This document shows, piece after piece, positions 13,306 to 24,680 of a stretch of DNA of 64,000 nt; the first letter of the stretch is position 1; each line of letters begins with the position of its first letter. Under the pieces are notes generated by a model that saw only the letters and a program-made list of their open reading frames with translations, had not been told where the DNA came from and searched no databases. The position numbers and the translations under genes are program-made. The stretch is from Chiloscyllium plagiosum (taxonomy: Eukaryota): contig NC_057720.1 of the NCBI RefSeq assembly GCF_004010195.1, forward strand, positions 29,165,732-29,229,731, read 5' to 3'.

Positions 13306-14399
13306 ATAAATCTATATTCCATTGAGAAATGAAATCTTCACAGGAAGAGAGTCACATTTGTCTGTAACTAAAATCGTTAAGGCAAATAATATATTAAACT
13401 AAGGAACTTACAATATTGCCAAGAAGCATAGTGATTGGGAAAAAAAATTGGATACCAACTAAAGTTGACCAAAAAGTTTACAATAAGGGACAAAATAGGA
13501 TAGGAGGGTATGTAAAATGGAAGTGAGTAGCTAAATAAATGTAGATTCCATGGAAGCAGCGACAGTGGAAGTCTGATGGGAAATAAGGAAATGGCAGAGA
13601 GGTCAATTGTATATTATGTGCCTGGCTTCACTGTAGGAGATACAGAAGAAATACTAGAAATATTGGGAAACCAATAGCTAATTAAATAGAAAAACTTAAG
13701 GTATTTCCTGTTTCATCATTTAGTAGTACAGAATATGAGTTTTGCTGGAAAAAAACTGATGCTTCTGTATAGCCTTGGCGTCCAGACAACCAATCAATCT
13801 TCTCTCATACAGAATACATGTTGTTTTCCCTTTCACTTTGCTAAATGTTCTGGTGAATGCAAGATAAAATCCTTCAACAAAGTGTATATTTTGTTAGCAA
13901 CAATAAATAAAGGGATATTGGAATATTTGGTGCTAAAAGTTATAAAATCTAGATTATACATGGGGATTAGAAGTCGACAATTATTGTTCCAATATTTAAT
14001 AATTGTGCGAGGGATAGGTTAAATAATTATAGACCTGGTAAGTCTGACCTTGGGCTGTGGGCAAATTAATGGAATCAATTATTGAGAGATGAGATAACTG
14101 TAACTGGAAGAGAGACAGATTATTTGGGGATAGTCAGCATAGATTTATTACAGAAAGGTTATGTCTTATTGAATTAATTGATTTTTTTCTAAAACTAAGT
14201 AGCATGAAAGGTTGGTGAAAGTAGTGCAGTAGATGTTGTCAACATGAATTTAAGTATGGCATTTGACAAGGTCTGATATGGCACACTGTTGAGAGAAATT
14301 ATACTATAATAAGTTCAATTTATCCTTCTCTCTGGTTTGCTCCAGAACACATTGTTCGAAGAAACTATGTAGAAAGTGTACTATGAAGTTCTCATCCAG

Positions 14400-14800
14400 G
14401 CTACTATTGCCAATCTAATCCTTCCAGTTTATGTAAATGAAAATCATTTATTGCTGGTCCTTTATCACAAACACTCGATACTTTATACTTCGCATAAATT
14501 GTGGTTGTTAGAGATGTGATTCCTGTTAGTTTTTTACCAGCTTTTTATCACAAACATTCAATATCTCTTCCAGTGCCTAAACTGTGGTTACTGTTAGGGA
14601 GCCTGACGATCATTCTCACTTGTGACTTCCTTGCTCTCCTATTCCTCATCTGCACCCAAACTGTTTCTACATTCTGATTTCCTGAACCAAACTCACCTAT
14701 AACTATTGAACCAATTCCATCTTTGATTAACAATGTTACACCTCTACCTTTTTTATTTAATTTCCTATCCTTTTTAAATATCATGTACTCCTCACTATTC
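14400..14800 (-). mobile_element. CR1 ORF2 APE endonuclease remnant
   Basis: YMIFKKDR...KGRGVTLLIKD...VETVWVQMRN...RLPNS within ORF 14548-15042. Confidence 0.75.
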
Positions 14801-15118
14801 ATAGAACCCCTACAGTGTGGAAGCAGACCATTTGGCCCATCAAGTCCACACCAAACCTCTGAAAGCATCCCCCGCCACTCAATCACCCTGCATTTCCCAT
14901 GGCTAACCCACCTAACCTGCACATCCCTGGACACTTTAGGCAGTTTAGCGTGGCCAATCCATCTAACCTGTGCATCTTTGGACTGTGGGAGAAAACCAGA
15001 GGAAACCAATACAGACACAGGGAGAACATGCAAACACCACACAGACAGTCACCCGAGGGCGGAGTTGAACCCAGATCGCTGGCACTATGAAGCAGCAGTG
15101 CTAGTCACCATGCTGCCC
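14801..15118 (-). mobile_element. HE1 SINE
   Basis: A/B boxes and V-domain core (GTGTGGTGTTTGCATGTTCTCCC) on the reverse strand. Confidence 0.88.
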
Positions 15119-16785
15119 GAACCAGGACCCAACCTTGTCCTCCTGCAGCTAGGTCTCTGTAAAAGCAAAAAAAGTACTTATTTACTTTAATGCATGCAAT
15201 TACTTCATTTACTTTATTATGAATGCAATGCATGTTCAGATATAGAGCTTTTCCAGTGGGGGAAAGCTACACTTTTTTTTTAAACAAAGCAATACTTAGA
15301 AATGAACATACTGGTTCTTCATTTTGAAGGTTACAAGATGGGTTATATGGACCGGTATGTTCCATTAGCAAGCTTTACTGGCTTTTCCTTCTGAGTTAGT
15401 GTGTGCTTCCAGTCGAACGCATCGGAGTTCTAAGCAGTGGTCCCTGTAATTTCTTTATCTTCCATATGGTCCTCCAAGGTCCATGCGTAGCAGTGAGTTC
15501 TGGAACTGGAAATCAATGCTGCATTTCGCATCAGCATGCCAATTGTTGGTGTGGCAATATGCCAATGTGGAATGTCAGAGTGAGGGAACATTGTTCCTGG
15601 GCTGTGATTTAATGCTCAAAATAAGCACAGTGTCATTGAATTTCTGGCATACCCTTGTGTAAGTAAAGGTTTTGGACTAATGGGCTCATGTTCATCTTTA
15701 TTTCTTTTTGGCTTCGTATCCTAATAGGTATCAAATTATTTCATATTAAATAGTTAATTAAATGTTGTTACTTGACATAGTTTGAAAACAAATTTTACTG
15801 TAACTTCCCTCAGTCAATCACCCATTATGTTAACCAACTTTCACAGACTCAGTTCCAGTTGAAATATGTATGTCAATTACAATAATTCTCAGAATAACTT
15901 TGATTTTAACGTTAAAGCATACAAAACAAACCAGTTGTAATTAAATCTATTTCGGGTAGTTTGGAGATATTCTGGTTTTTATTCTGCATTCATTTTAAAG
16001 CAGAAGCCAAATCGAGGAGGATTATCTTGTGTTCAAAAGCTTAACTTATAATGGAAAACGTTGTGCGCAGAAGAATAATATTTTGTTAAAATATAGAGTT
16101 AATGTTAACACCTTTTGGGGAAAGCCTTTTTAACTTTTCTCTAGTGATGCTAGTCAATGTGGCACAAAGCAGCCTAATTGGGAATAACAGGGTTAGAATG
16201 TAGTCTAAACCCTTGGGAATCCTTGAAACCAGAGCATTCAAAATGCCACAAAAGTAATGTATTGCCTTCCAGGGCCATCTGAAGTAGCCCTACTGTTTCC
16301 AGTGTAGCTGCATCAAGGTCATGTTCTCTTCTGAAAGATCCCAAAGTAACTTGATTCTAGAGTCTCCATTTAAAGAAGGTCAGATTAGTTTCTAATAAAT
16401 CAAACCATGAACAGAAATTTTTGGTTACAGTATGTTAGTTTGAAGTGTGTTAAGATTGTATTGGCAGAATGGTAACAGTGCAAATTAGATTGAAATAACC
16501 TTTTATGTCCAATGAAATCCTCCAATTTTGACAATTTTGCTTCAACGTTTGCCCCTGCCTAATTGGCTGGATGCAAACTTCATGTTAGCTTTGCACAGAG
16601 TAATATGAACAGTTTTCATCTCCTTATTTAAGGAAGGAGTTATTTGCATTGAAAGTGGTACAGCAAAGATTTGCTATATTAGCTCCTGGCGTGGGAAGGT
16701 TGTTCAGGCACAAAGTAAGTTGGGCCGATACTCCCAGAAGGTTAGAAGAATGAGTGTTCTCGTTGAAACATGTAGGACTCTAAGA

Positions 16786-16955
16786 TTTCCTCTGGGTGCT
16801 CCGGTTTTCTCCCAGAGTCCAAAAATGTGAAGGTTAGGTGAATTGGCCATGCTAAATTGTCCGTAGTGTTAGGTGAAGGGGTAAATGTAGGGGAATGGGT
16901 CGGTGTGGACTTGTTGGGCCGAAGGGCCTGTTTCCACACTGTAAGTAATCTAATC
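16786..16955 (+). mobile_element. 5'-truncated HE1 SINE
   Basis: GGGTGCTCCGGTTT...GGGCCTGTTTCCACACTGTAAGTAATCTAATC. Confidence 0.88.
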
Positions 16956-17359
16956 ATATTTTCCCTGGACTGGAAAACCTAGAAAACTGAGGCATAGTGT
17001 TTTGCCACACTGGGGTGACCATCTGAACACTGAGCCCTGCTCAGAGTCATCACTAAAGTTAAGATTTTATAAAAGTGCACAAAATTCCTCTTTTTTTCTT
17101 CTTCCTGTCTTTTAGACCCAGGTTGGTAGCACAAACTAGGTGTCTGTACTGAATGAGAATGATTGACTGTTTATTGCAAGAAATAATTTCTAGCTCCAGA
17201 TAAAGTTATTAACCATTGACTTATAACTCCACTAGCCAAAACCTTTAATCGATGCATAGGACTTCTTCTACAGACAGACAAGCACAAAAATAAATGGGTA
17301 TTCTGGTGGAGGGAAAGACTGTGAAGGCAGTTTAGTGATTCTTGCCCTTGTCCTTGTCC

Positions 17360-17916
17360 ATGGCTGACGTGGCCCTTCTGCTAATGTGAACACTGCTCCT
17401 TAATCTTCCTTTTGCAAATACTTTCACTTGATTGCAGGAGGCATAGGGTGACTGGTTCACACTTATAAGGGTCTCTAACTTATGAATTAAAAATCACAGC
17501 TTACAGATGAAGGGAAAAAAACCTTGTAATGTTCAGGTTTGAGATGCTTTTTACTGCAGAGCAAGTACAGCTGCTTTCATTGAACCATAGATATGTACAG
17601 CACAGAAACAGACCCTTCAGTCCAACTTGTCCATGCCGACCAGATATCCCAACCCAATCTAGTCCCACCTGTCAGCACCCGGCCCATATCCCTCCAAGTC
17701 CTTCCTATTCATATACTCATTCAGATGCCTTTTAAATGTTGCAATTGTACTAGCCTCCACCACTTCCTCTGGCCACGCACTCACGCACTCACGCACACAC
17801 CTCACAGCGCCAGAGACCCAGGTTCAATTCCCGCCTCGGGCGACTGACCGTGTGGAGTTTGCACATTCTCCCTGTGTCTGCGTGGGTTTCCTCCGAGTGC
17901 TCCAGTTTCCTCCCAC
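17360..17916 (+). repeat. 557-bp direct duplication, copy 1 (copy 2 at 22599-23155)
   Basis: Identical text at offset 5239; the ORF track shows identical ORFs 17529/22768 and 17593/22832. Confidence 0.95.
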
Positions 17917-18085
17917 GGTCCAAAGATGTGCAGGTCAGGTGACTTGGCAATGCTAAATTGTCTCACAGTGTTAGGAAAATTAGTCATAGGGAAATGGATC
18001 TGGGTGGGTTACTCTTTGGAGGGTCGGTGTGGACTGGTTGGACCGAAGTGCGTGTTTCCACGCTGTAGGGAATCTAATCTAATCT
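17800..18085 (+). mobile_element. HE1 SINE (A box lost), preceded by an inverted CR1 tail at ~17585-17772
   Basis: CCTCACAGCGCCAGAGACCCAGGTTCAATTCCCGCC...AATCTAATCTAATC. Confidence 0.88.
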
Positions 18086-18979
18086 ATTTCCATGGTTTCC
18101 CCCCCACCCTGAAATTGCTAGTTTAAACCATCCCGAGCAGCTCTAGCAAATCTCCCTGCTAGTATATTAGTCTCTTAGAAAGAAGTTTGAGATTACTGAA
18201 GTCTGTGTGTTTAATTAAAGTTTAATTAACTTACTACACATAAAACTTCCTCGAGAAACACACAAAATGAAAGATTGACGTACGACATGTTCTACCATCT
18301 CAAAATTAACTTGGGGCAAACACAAGTAACAGAGAAATCACATGAATAAACAACCCACACAATACCGCAGAGAGGAGATGTTGTCAAGACAGATCCCACG
18401 GGTTTTTGAGTGAAACCTTTGCCAACGCCACAGCTCCCTTCAGATATGAGTGACATTGTAGAACACCAAGTCCCTTGTCAACTTCACAGGGCTGTCAAAT
18501 TGGTCAGTTTTGAAGACGAGCCACATTAGACTCAATGTTAATGGTGTTTCTCTCTCCACAGATGCTGCTAGACCTGTTGAGCTTCTGCAATGCTTTCTTT
18601 GTTTGTTTCAGATTTTGATGATTTGATCTTGAAACTGTGGAGAGAATTCGATATGAATACATACATCATGTATGTACATTGCTGGTGCATCAAACTCTTA
18701 TCAATTCCTCACCACCATTTCCTGAAATTGTTTCTTCTTTTTTGCCCAAAATCTCAATTGACTTTTTCTAAAACCAATCTTCCCTCAGGAACCAATTACA
18801 GGTTGTACTGTTGTAACACATGTTTCATCAACGCTAATTCAGTGGAACACGATCGAAGAATTGAGGACACTTTCTACAGTGTCAAGTTTTAAAATGTGTG
18901 TTGGTACAGCGTGATTGGCACAAACACTTTCAGTGCTGTTCCTGATGCACAGCTTTTAAATAGTGTGGAGTTGCACAAG

Positions 18980-19905
18980 AATGGAGTGCAGGTTCATAGT
19001 TCCTTGAAAATGGAGTTGCACGTAGATAGGATAGTGAAGGCAGCATTTGGAATGCTTTCCTTTAGTGGTTGGAGCATCAAGTGTAGGAGTTGGGAGGTCG
19101 TGTTGCGACTGTACATGACATTCATGAGGCCATTTTTGAAATATTGTGTGCAATTCTGGTCTCCTTCCTATCAGAAGGATGTTATGAAACTTGAAAGGGT
19201 TCAGAAAAGCTTGACACGCTGGCTGTTGGCCCGGCCACCTAGCTCAGCGGGTTGAGCACTGGCCTCGTAAACCAGAGGTGATGAGTTCAAATCTCACTGG
19301 GGCTTCTTTGCATTTCGGTAATAGATTCGCAAACTTTAAGTACATTTAAGTTGTCATTGGACAAGCATATGGACATACATTGAATAGAGTAGGTTAGATG
19401 GGTTCAGATTGGTATGACAGGTTGGTGCAACATCGAGGGCCGAAGGGCCTGTAATGCTCTATATATAGCCGGGTTTGGATGATTTGAGCAACAGGGAGAG
19501 GCTCAATAGGCTGGGGCTGTTTTCCCTGGAGCATTAGAAGCTTGAGGTTTATAATATCATGAGGGGCATGGATAGGATAAACAGACAAGGTCTTTCCCGT
19601 GGGGTGGGGTCCAGAACTAGAGGGCATATGTTTAGGGTGAAAGGGGAAAGATTTAAAAGAAACCAAAGGGGCAACATTTTCATGTAGTGGGTGGTGCGCG
19701 CATGGAATGAGCTGCCAGAGGAATTGGTGGAGGCTCATACAATTACAACACTTAAAAGGCATCTGGATGCGTACATGAATAGATAGAGTTGAGCAGATAA
19801 TGGGCCAAGTGTTGGCAAATGGCATTAGATTAGGTTAGGATATCTGGTCAGCATGGACAGGTTGGAGTGAAGGGTCAGAGTCTGTGCTGTACATCTCTAT
19901 GACGA
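18980..19905 (+). mobile_element. CR1/HER1 LINE 3' fragment interrupted at ~19217-19466
   Basis: GVQVHSSLK...YCVQFWSP...LERVQK, resuming at ~19467 (GGGTTTGGATGATTTGAGC) and running to the tail. Confidence 0.88.
19233..19305 (+). pseudogene. tRNA-Thr(CGT)-derived sequence (pseudogene or SINE head)
   Basis: GGCCACC-TAGCTCAGCGG(A box)-GTTGAGC-A-CTGGC-CT[CGT]AA-ACCAG-AGGTG-ATGAG-TTCAAAT(B box)-CTCAC-TGGGGCT. Cloverleaf recognisable, with mismatches in the acceptor, anticodon and T stems. Confidence 0.8.
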
Positions 19906-20446
19906 ATGTAACCATTGCATTACAGAAGAACTGACTGTGTTGGCATTATCAAATCTCTTCAAATGAGAAGTGTAGGAGGGGCTACCATGGAATAACAAAC
20001 ATACTCAATACAAGGAGTTAATTTACTAATGTCACGACACAGGGTTGCTCAACAGTGGGTAATCAACTCTCAACAGGCAGGGATAAGTAATCCTACACAG
20101 TTGTTCCACATTCAGTTGTGACTGGTGGTGGACAATTAAATAATTATTTGGGGGAGGTCAATCACCTCCAACCTCACTGACTGGAGGATCCCAACCCATC
20201 AGATTCAAAAGATGAGGCTGAAGCATCGGCAACACCTTCAGCCAGAAGTGCCAAGTGGTGATCCAGCTCGGTCTCCCCCATGAGATTCCCAGAATCATGA
20301 ACGTCAGCCAATAGGCAATTCGATTCAGTGCATGTGACATCAAGGAATGACTGAAAGCACAGGATATTGCAATGGTCATGAACACATCGTTGAAACTTTA
20401 TTGCTGGAACAGCACAGCAGGTCAGGCAGCATCTAGGGAACAGAAG

Positions 20447-20482
20447 ATTCGACGTTTCGGGCACATGCCCTTCTTCAGGAAT
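20447..20482 (-). ncRNA. Minimal hammerhead motif, inverted copy
   Basis: Exact reverse complement of 20553-20588. Confidence 0.75.
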
Positions 20483-20552
20483 GAGCAGAGAGTGTTCAGC
20501 AGGAGAAGATAAAAGGTAGGGAGGAGGGACTTGGAGGAGGGGCTCTCTGCTC

Positions 20553-20588
20553 ATTCCTGAAGAAGGGCATGTGCCCGAAACGTCGAAT
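20553..20588 (+). ncRNA. Minimal type I hammerhead ribozyme motif (PLE-associated)
   Basis: ATTC-CTGAAGA-A-GGGCA-TG-TGCCC-GAAA-CG-TC-GAAT: helix I ATTC/GAAT, core CUGANGA...GAAA, helix II, palindromic ACGU, UC cleavage site. Confidence 0.75.
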
Positions 20589-20626
20589 CTTCTGTTCCCT
20601 AGATGCTGCCTGACCTGCTGTGCTGT

Positions 20627-20724
20627 NNNNNNNNNNNNNNNNNNNNNNNNNNNNNNNNNNNNNNNNNNNNNNNNNNNNNNNNNNNNNNNNNNNNNNNNNN
20701 NNNNNNNNNNNNNNNNNNNNNNNN
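20627..20724. other. Assembly gap (98 N)
   Basis: Run of N. Confidence 1.
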
Positions 20725-21087
20725 TAACGTCCCGACACAGGGTTGCTCAACAGTGGGTAATCAACTCTCAACAGGCAGGGATAAGTAATCCTACACAGTT
20801 GTTCCACATTCAGTTGTGACTGGTGGTGGACAATTAAATAATTATTTGGGGGAGGTCAATCACCTCCAACCTCACTGACTGGAGGATCCCAACCCATCAG
20901 ATTCAAAAGATGAGGCTGAAACATCAGCAACACCTTCAGCTAGAAGTGCCAAGTGGTGATCCATCTCGGTCTCCCCCATGAGATTCCCAGCATCATGAAC
21001 GTCAGCCAATAGGCAATTCGATTCAGTTCATGTGACATCAAGGAATGACTGAAAGCACAGGATATTGCAATGTTCATGAACACATCG
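20725..21087 (+). repeat. Near-identical copy of 20027-20389 across the gap
   Basis: 363 bp at offset 698 with about 9 substitutions by manual comparison; contains an old LINE fragment. Confidence 0.92.
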
Positions 21088-21279
21088 AACATACCTGCAA
21101 CAGCACTGGGACAAGAAGCAATGCAGTACCAAAGCAAGAGTCCTCCACAAACAACTCCCCAACCCATCACCAAGATGGTCAGGGGAAGTAAAAGAAAAGA
21201 ATTGGAACTAAGTAAGCTAGAATCTCAACTCCAGGACAAGCAACACATTGACGTGGAACCATGTCACCATTCTTACAGA

Positions 21280-22015
21280 CAGAGTTGTACAGCATGGAGA
21301 CAGATCCTTTGGTGCAACTCTTCCATTCTGACCAGATATCCTGATTTAATCTCATCCCATTTGCCAGCATTTGGATCATATCCTTCTCAACCCTTCCTAT
21401 TTATCTACCCACCCACATACCTGTTAAATGCTGTCAGTGTTCAGGCCTCCAACACTTGCTCTGGCAGCTCATTCCATACAAGCACCACCCTCGGTGTGAA
21501 AAATCTATCCCTTAGGTCCCTTCAGTTTTGGATTCCCCTAAGTTGAGAAAAAGATCTTGTCTATTCACCATATCCATGCTCTTCATGATTTAAAAACTAT
21601 TAGTTCACCCCTCAGCCTCCGATGCTCCAGAGAACATAAACCAGCTTATTCAGTGTCTAAAGGCTCAAAGCTGTCAACCCCGACAAAATCCTCATAAATC
21701 TTTCATGTTTAACAACATCTTTCTGAAAGCAGGACGACCAGAACTGAATGCAGTATTCCAGACACGGCCTAACTAATGTGCTGCACAGCCGCAACGTGCC
21801 CTCCTAACTCCAAAACCCAATACATTTGCCTCTAAAGACAAGCCAAGCAAATGCCTTCTTCATTGGCCTCAGGATGGGTATGTGAATAGGAAAGGTTTGG
21901 AGAGTTATGGACCACGTGCTGACAGGTTGGTCTAAATTGGGTTGGGATATCTGGTCAGCATGGATAAGTTGGAACGAAGGGTCTGTTTCCGTGTTGTACA
22001 TCTCTATGACTATGA
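21280..22015. mobile_element. Back-to-back CR1 3' fragments (- strand 21280-21870, + strand 21871-22015)
   Basis: Both carry the HER1-type 3' UTR, in opposite orientations. Confidence 0.8.
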
Positions 22016-22598
22016 CATACCGATGAACCCATAAGAATGTGGTTAACCCCTAACAGCCATCTGGAAAATTAGGGATGGGTGAAAAATATTTACATTGCCT
22101 ATGGAAAATTGCAAATGGGATGCTTGTGTCATATAATTAATACATGAGGAATTGTGATTCATGCTCAGAGATATTGAAGAAATGATTTGCAGACCGAGAC
22201 ATTTCTGACAGCATGAATCAAACGTTAAGAAGAATTTACAAACAAGGAATAAGTGTAGGCCATTCAGCCCTTCAAACCAGCTTTGCCTTCCTTGACTGAA
22301 GGCACAGGATACTGCAATGATCATGAACCCATCTAACATGCCTGCAATAGCACTGGGACAAGATAAAATGCAGTACCAAAGTGAGGGTCTTCCGTAAACA
22401 ACTCCCAATCCCATGATCTGGAAGGTCAGGAGAAGCAAAAGAATAGGCACACAATAGCTACAAGCTCAAGTCCAAACGACTCCACACACTGATGTGGAAC
22501 CATATCACCAGTCAGACAGTCACTGACCTGTATAGCATGGGAACAGATCCTTTGGTCCAACTCATCCATGCTGACCAGATATCCTAAATTAACGTAGT

Positions 22599-23155
22599 AT
22601 GGCTGACGTGGCCCTTCTGCTAATGTGAACACTGCTCCTTAATCTTCCTTTTGCAAATACTTTCACTTGATTGCAGGAGGCATAGGGTGACTGGTTCACA
22701 CTTATAAGGGTCTCTAACTTATGAATTAAAAATCACAGCTTACAGATGAAGGGAAAAAAACCTTGTAATGTTCAGGTTTGAGATGCTTTTTACTGCAGAG
22801 CAAGTACAGCTGCTTTCATTGAACCATAGATATGTACAGCACAGAAACAGACCCTTCAGTCCAACTTGTCCATGCCGACCAGATATCCCAACCCAATCTA
22901 GTCCCACCTGTCAGCACCCGGCCCATATCCCTCCAAGTCCTTCCTATTCATATACTCATTCAGATGCCTTTTAAATGTTGCAATTGTACTAGCCTCCACC
23001 ACTTCCTCTGGCCACGCACTCACGCACTCACGCACACACCTCACAGCGCCAGAGACCCAGGTTCAATTCCCGCCTCGGGCGACTGACCGTGTGGAGTTTG
23101 CACATTCTCCCTGTGTCTGCGTGGGTTTCCTCCGAGTGCTCCAGTTTCCTCCCAC
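22599..23155 (+). repeat. 557-bp direct duplication, copy 2
   Basis: See copy 1. Continues as an HE1 SINE to ~23320 with a 3' half that differs from copy 1. Confidence 0.95.
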
Positions 23156-24512
23156 AGTCCAAAAATGTGCAGGTTAAGTGAATTGGCCATGCTAAATTGC
23201 CCGTAGTGTTAGGTGAAGGGGTAAATGTAGGGGAATGGGTTTGGGTGGGTAGCGCTTCGGTGGGTCGATGTGGACTTGTTGGGCCAAAGGGCCTATTTCC
23301 ACACTGTAAGTAATCTAATTTTAAAATAGCTACTTGTTACTGATCAAATCTCCTCTCGTACACAGCCCTGTGGCTCCAGCTCATCTGTAAGTCAGCTTTC
23401 ACTTCGCATTTACAATGACTGCCAGCAATTGCTGGTAATGTTTTCTTAAAAATAAAGTGCTGTAATCCTTAAACACTCCTTGGCTTCTAAAGCAATTATT
23501 TTCCAATTTCAGTTCATAATCAAAAGTACAGAAAAATAATAAGATACGGTCTTTACTATAAGCTTTGGAAAGGGGTTGATCATTTAGAACTGAGATGAAG
23601 AGAAATTTCATCATACTGAGGATTGTGAATCTTTTCAATTCTCTACCAGAAGTTGTCAATGATTATGTGGTTGACTGTATTTGAGACTGAGATAAATAGT
23701 TACTTTTGATTTCTCAGTCAATCAAGGGTGCTGGGGAATGGATATAAATGGATTGTTCCAAGATCTCCTATTCTGCTGTTACACATCTATTATGTGCTTA
23801 AAAGAAAATCCTAAATTCACAAAGTCTGTCAAGTTTTCCTCTGTGTCTTGGAAACTGCATGTGTGAATGTGTCACACTGTACTCTAAGCTATGACATTAC
23901 ACATCTCAAAGTGAAAAGCTCCTTGAGATCTGTTTAGTTTGCAAATTGCAGTAGATTTTCCTCAACTTATTTCTTTGTTGTATTGGTTTATGGTAATGTT
24001 TTACAAATGAAGGACTATGTGAATTTAAAATGGAGACTGAATGGGTGCTGCCTAACCCAATTATCACCAATCTCTAGCCCTAGTTCACCTGTAGTGCAGA
24101 GTATACTACATGAGAGAATGGCTTCACAAAAATGCAGAACAGTACAGCACAGAAACAGGCTCTTCAGCCCAACATGTCTGCACAAGCCATTCTAAACTAA
24201 TCCCATCTGCCTGAACATGGTCTGTATCCCTCTATTCCCTACCTGCTCATGTCCCGGAATGTCCTGGAAGATTGTCTAGTCTACAATGTCAAAATACCAG
24301 GTTGCCTGTCTGTTTTTGCCTCTCACAGACAATGAGAAATGAATGTGCTCTGTTAATATGTTAGCTTATACCTTAAAGCTGCATATTGGTGGATTTTAAA
24401 TCCTGACAAATTGGAAGCTTTACCAGGAGTTGGTATGTTAATCAATTTGGATAGCTTGTGAAAATATCACTGGAGCCAGTCTTAAATAATAAATGCTTCT
24501 GCTGTTTTACAG

Positions 24513-24680
24513 AATACACAGATGGCTGCAGCAAGTTGTGGAGAACAAACGAATTAAAATATCTGAAGCTCTAAGATACTATTGGCTTAAACCAAGAAAA
24601 AAACAAACTTTTGTTTGTATATTGGACCCCTTTTTGTTTTTAAAAGGAGAGATTGGTATCCCTTTGTATTTTTTTGAAAG
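24513..24680 (+). other. MOB3C: Probable 5' UTR part of the ATG-containing MOB3C exon
   Basis: Acceptor-like GCTTCTGCTGTTTTACAG ends at 24512. An alternative acceptor (TTTTTTGAAAG) sits directly before the ATG at 24681. Confidence 0.5.

Larger units (their letters stand above)
20390..20626. mobile_element. Young Penelope-like terminal-repeat insertion (inverted pLTR), truncated by the gap
   Basis: Perfect 84-bp inverted repeat 20409-20492 / 20543-20626 with the GATGCTGCCTGACCTGCTGTGC PLE terminus. Confidence 0.85.

Noticed and set aside
19233..19305. Functional tRNA-Thr gene
   Set aside because: Mismatches in the acceptor, anticodon and T stems, no T4 terminator directly after it, and it is fused to a LINE tail.
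20496..20819. ORFs spanning the N run
   Set aside because: Artefacts of translating through the gap.
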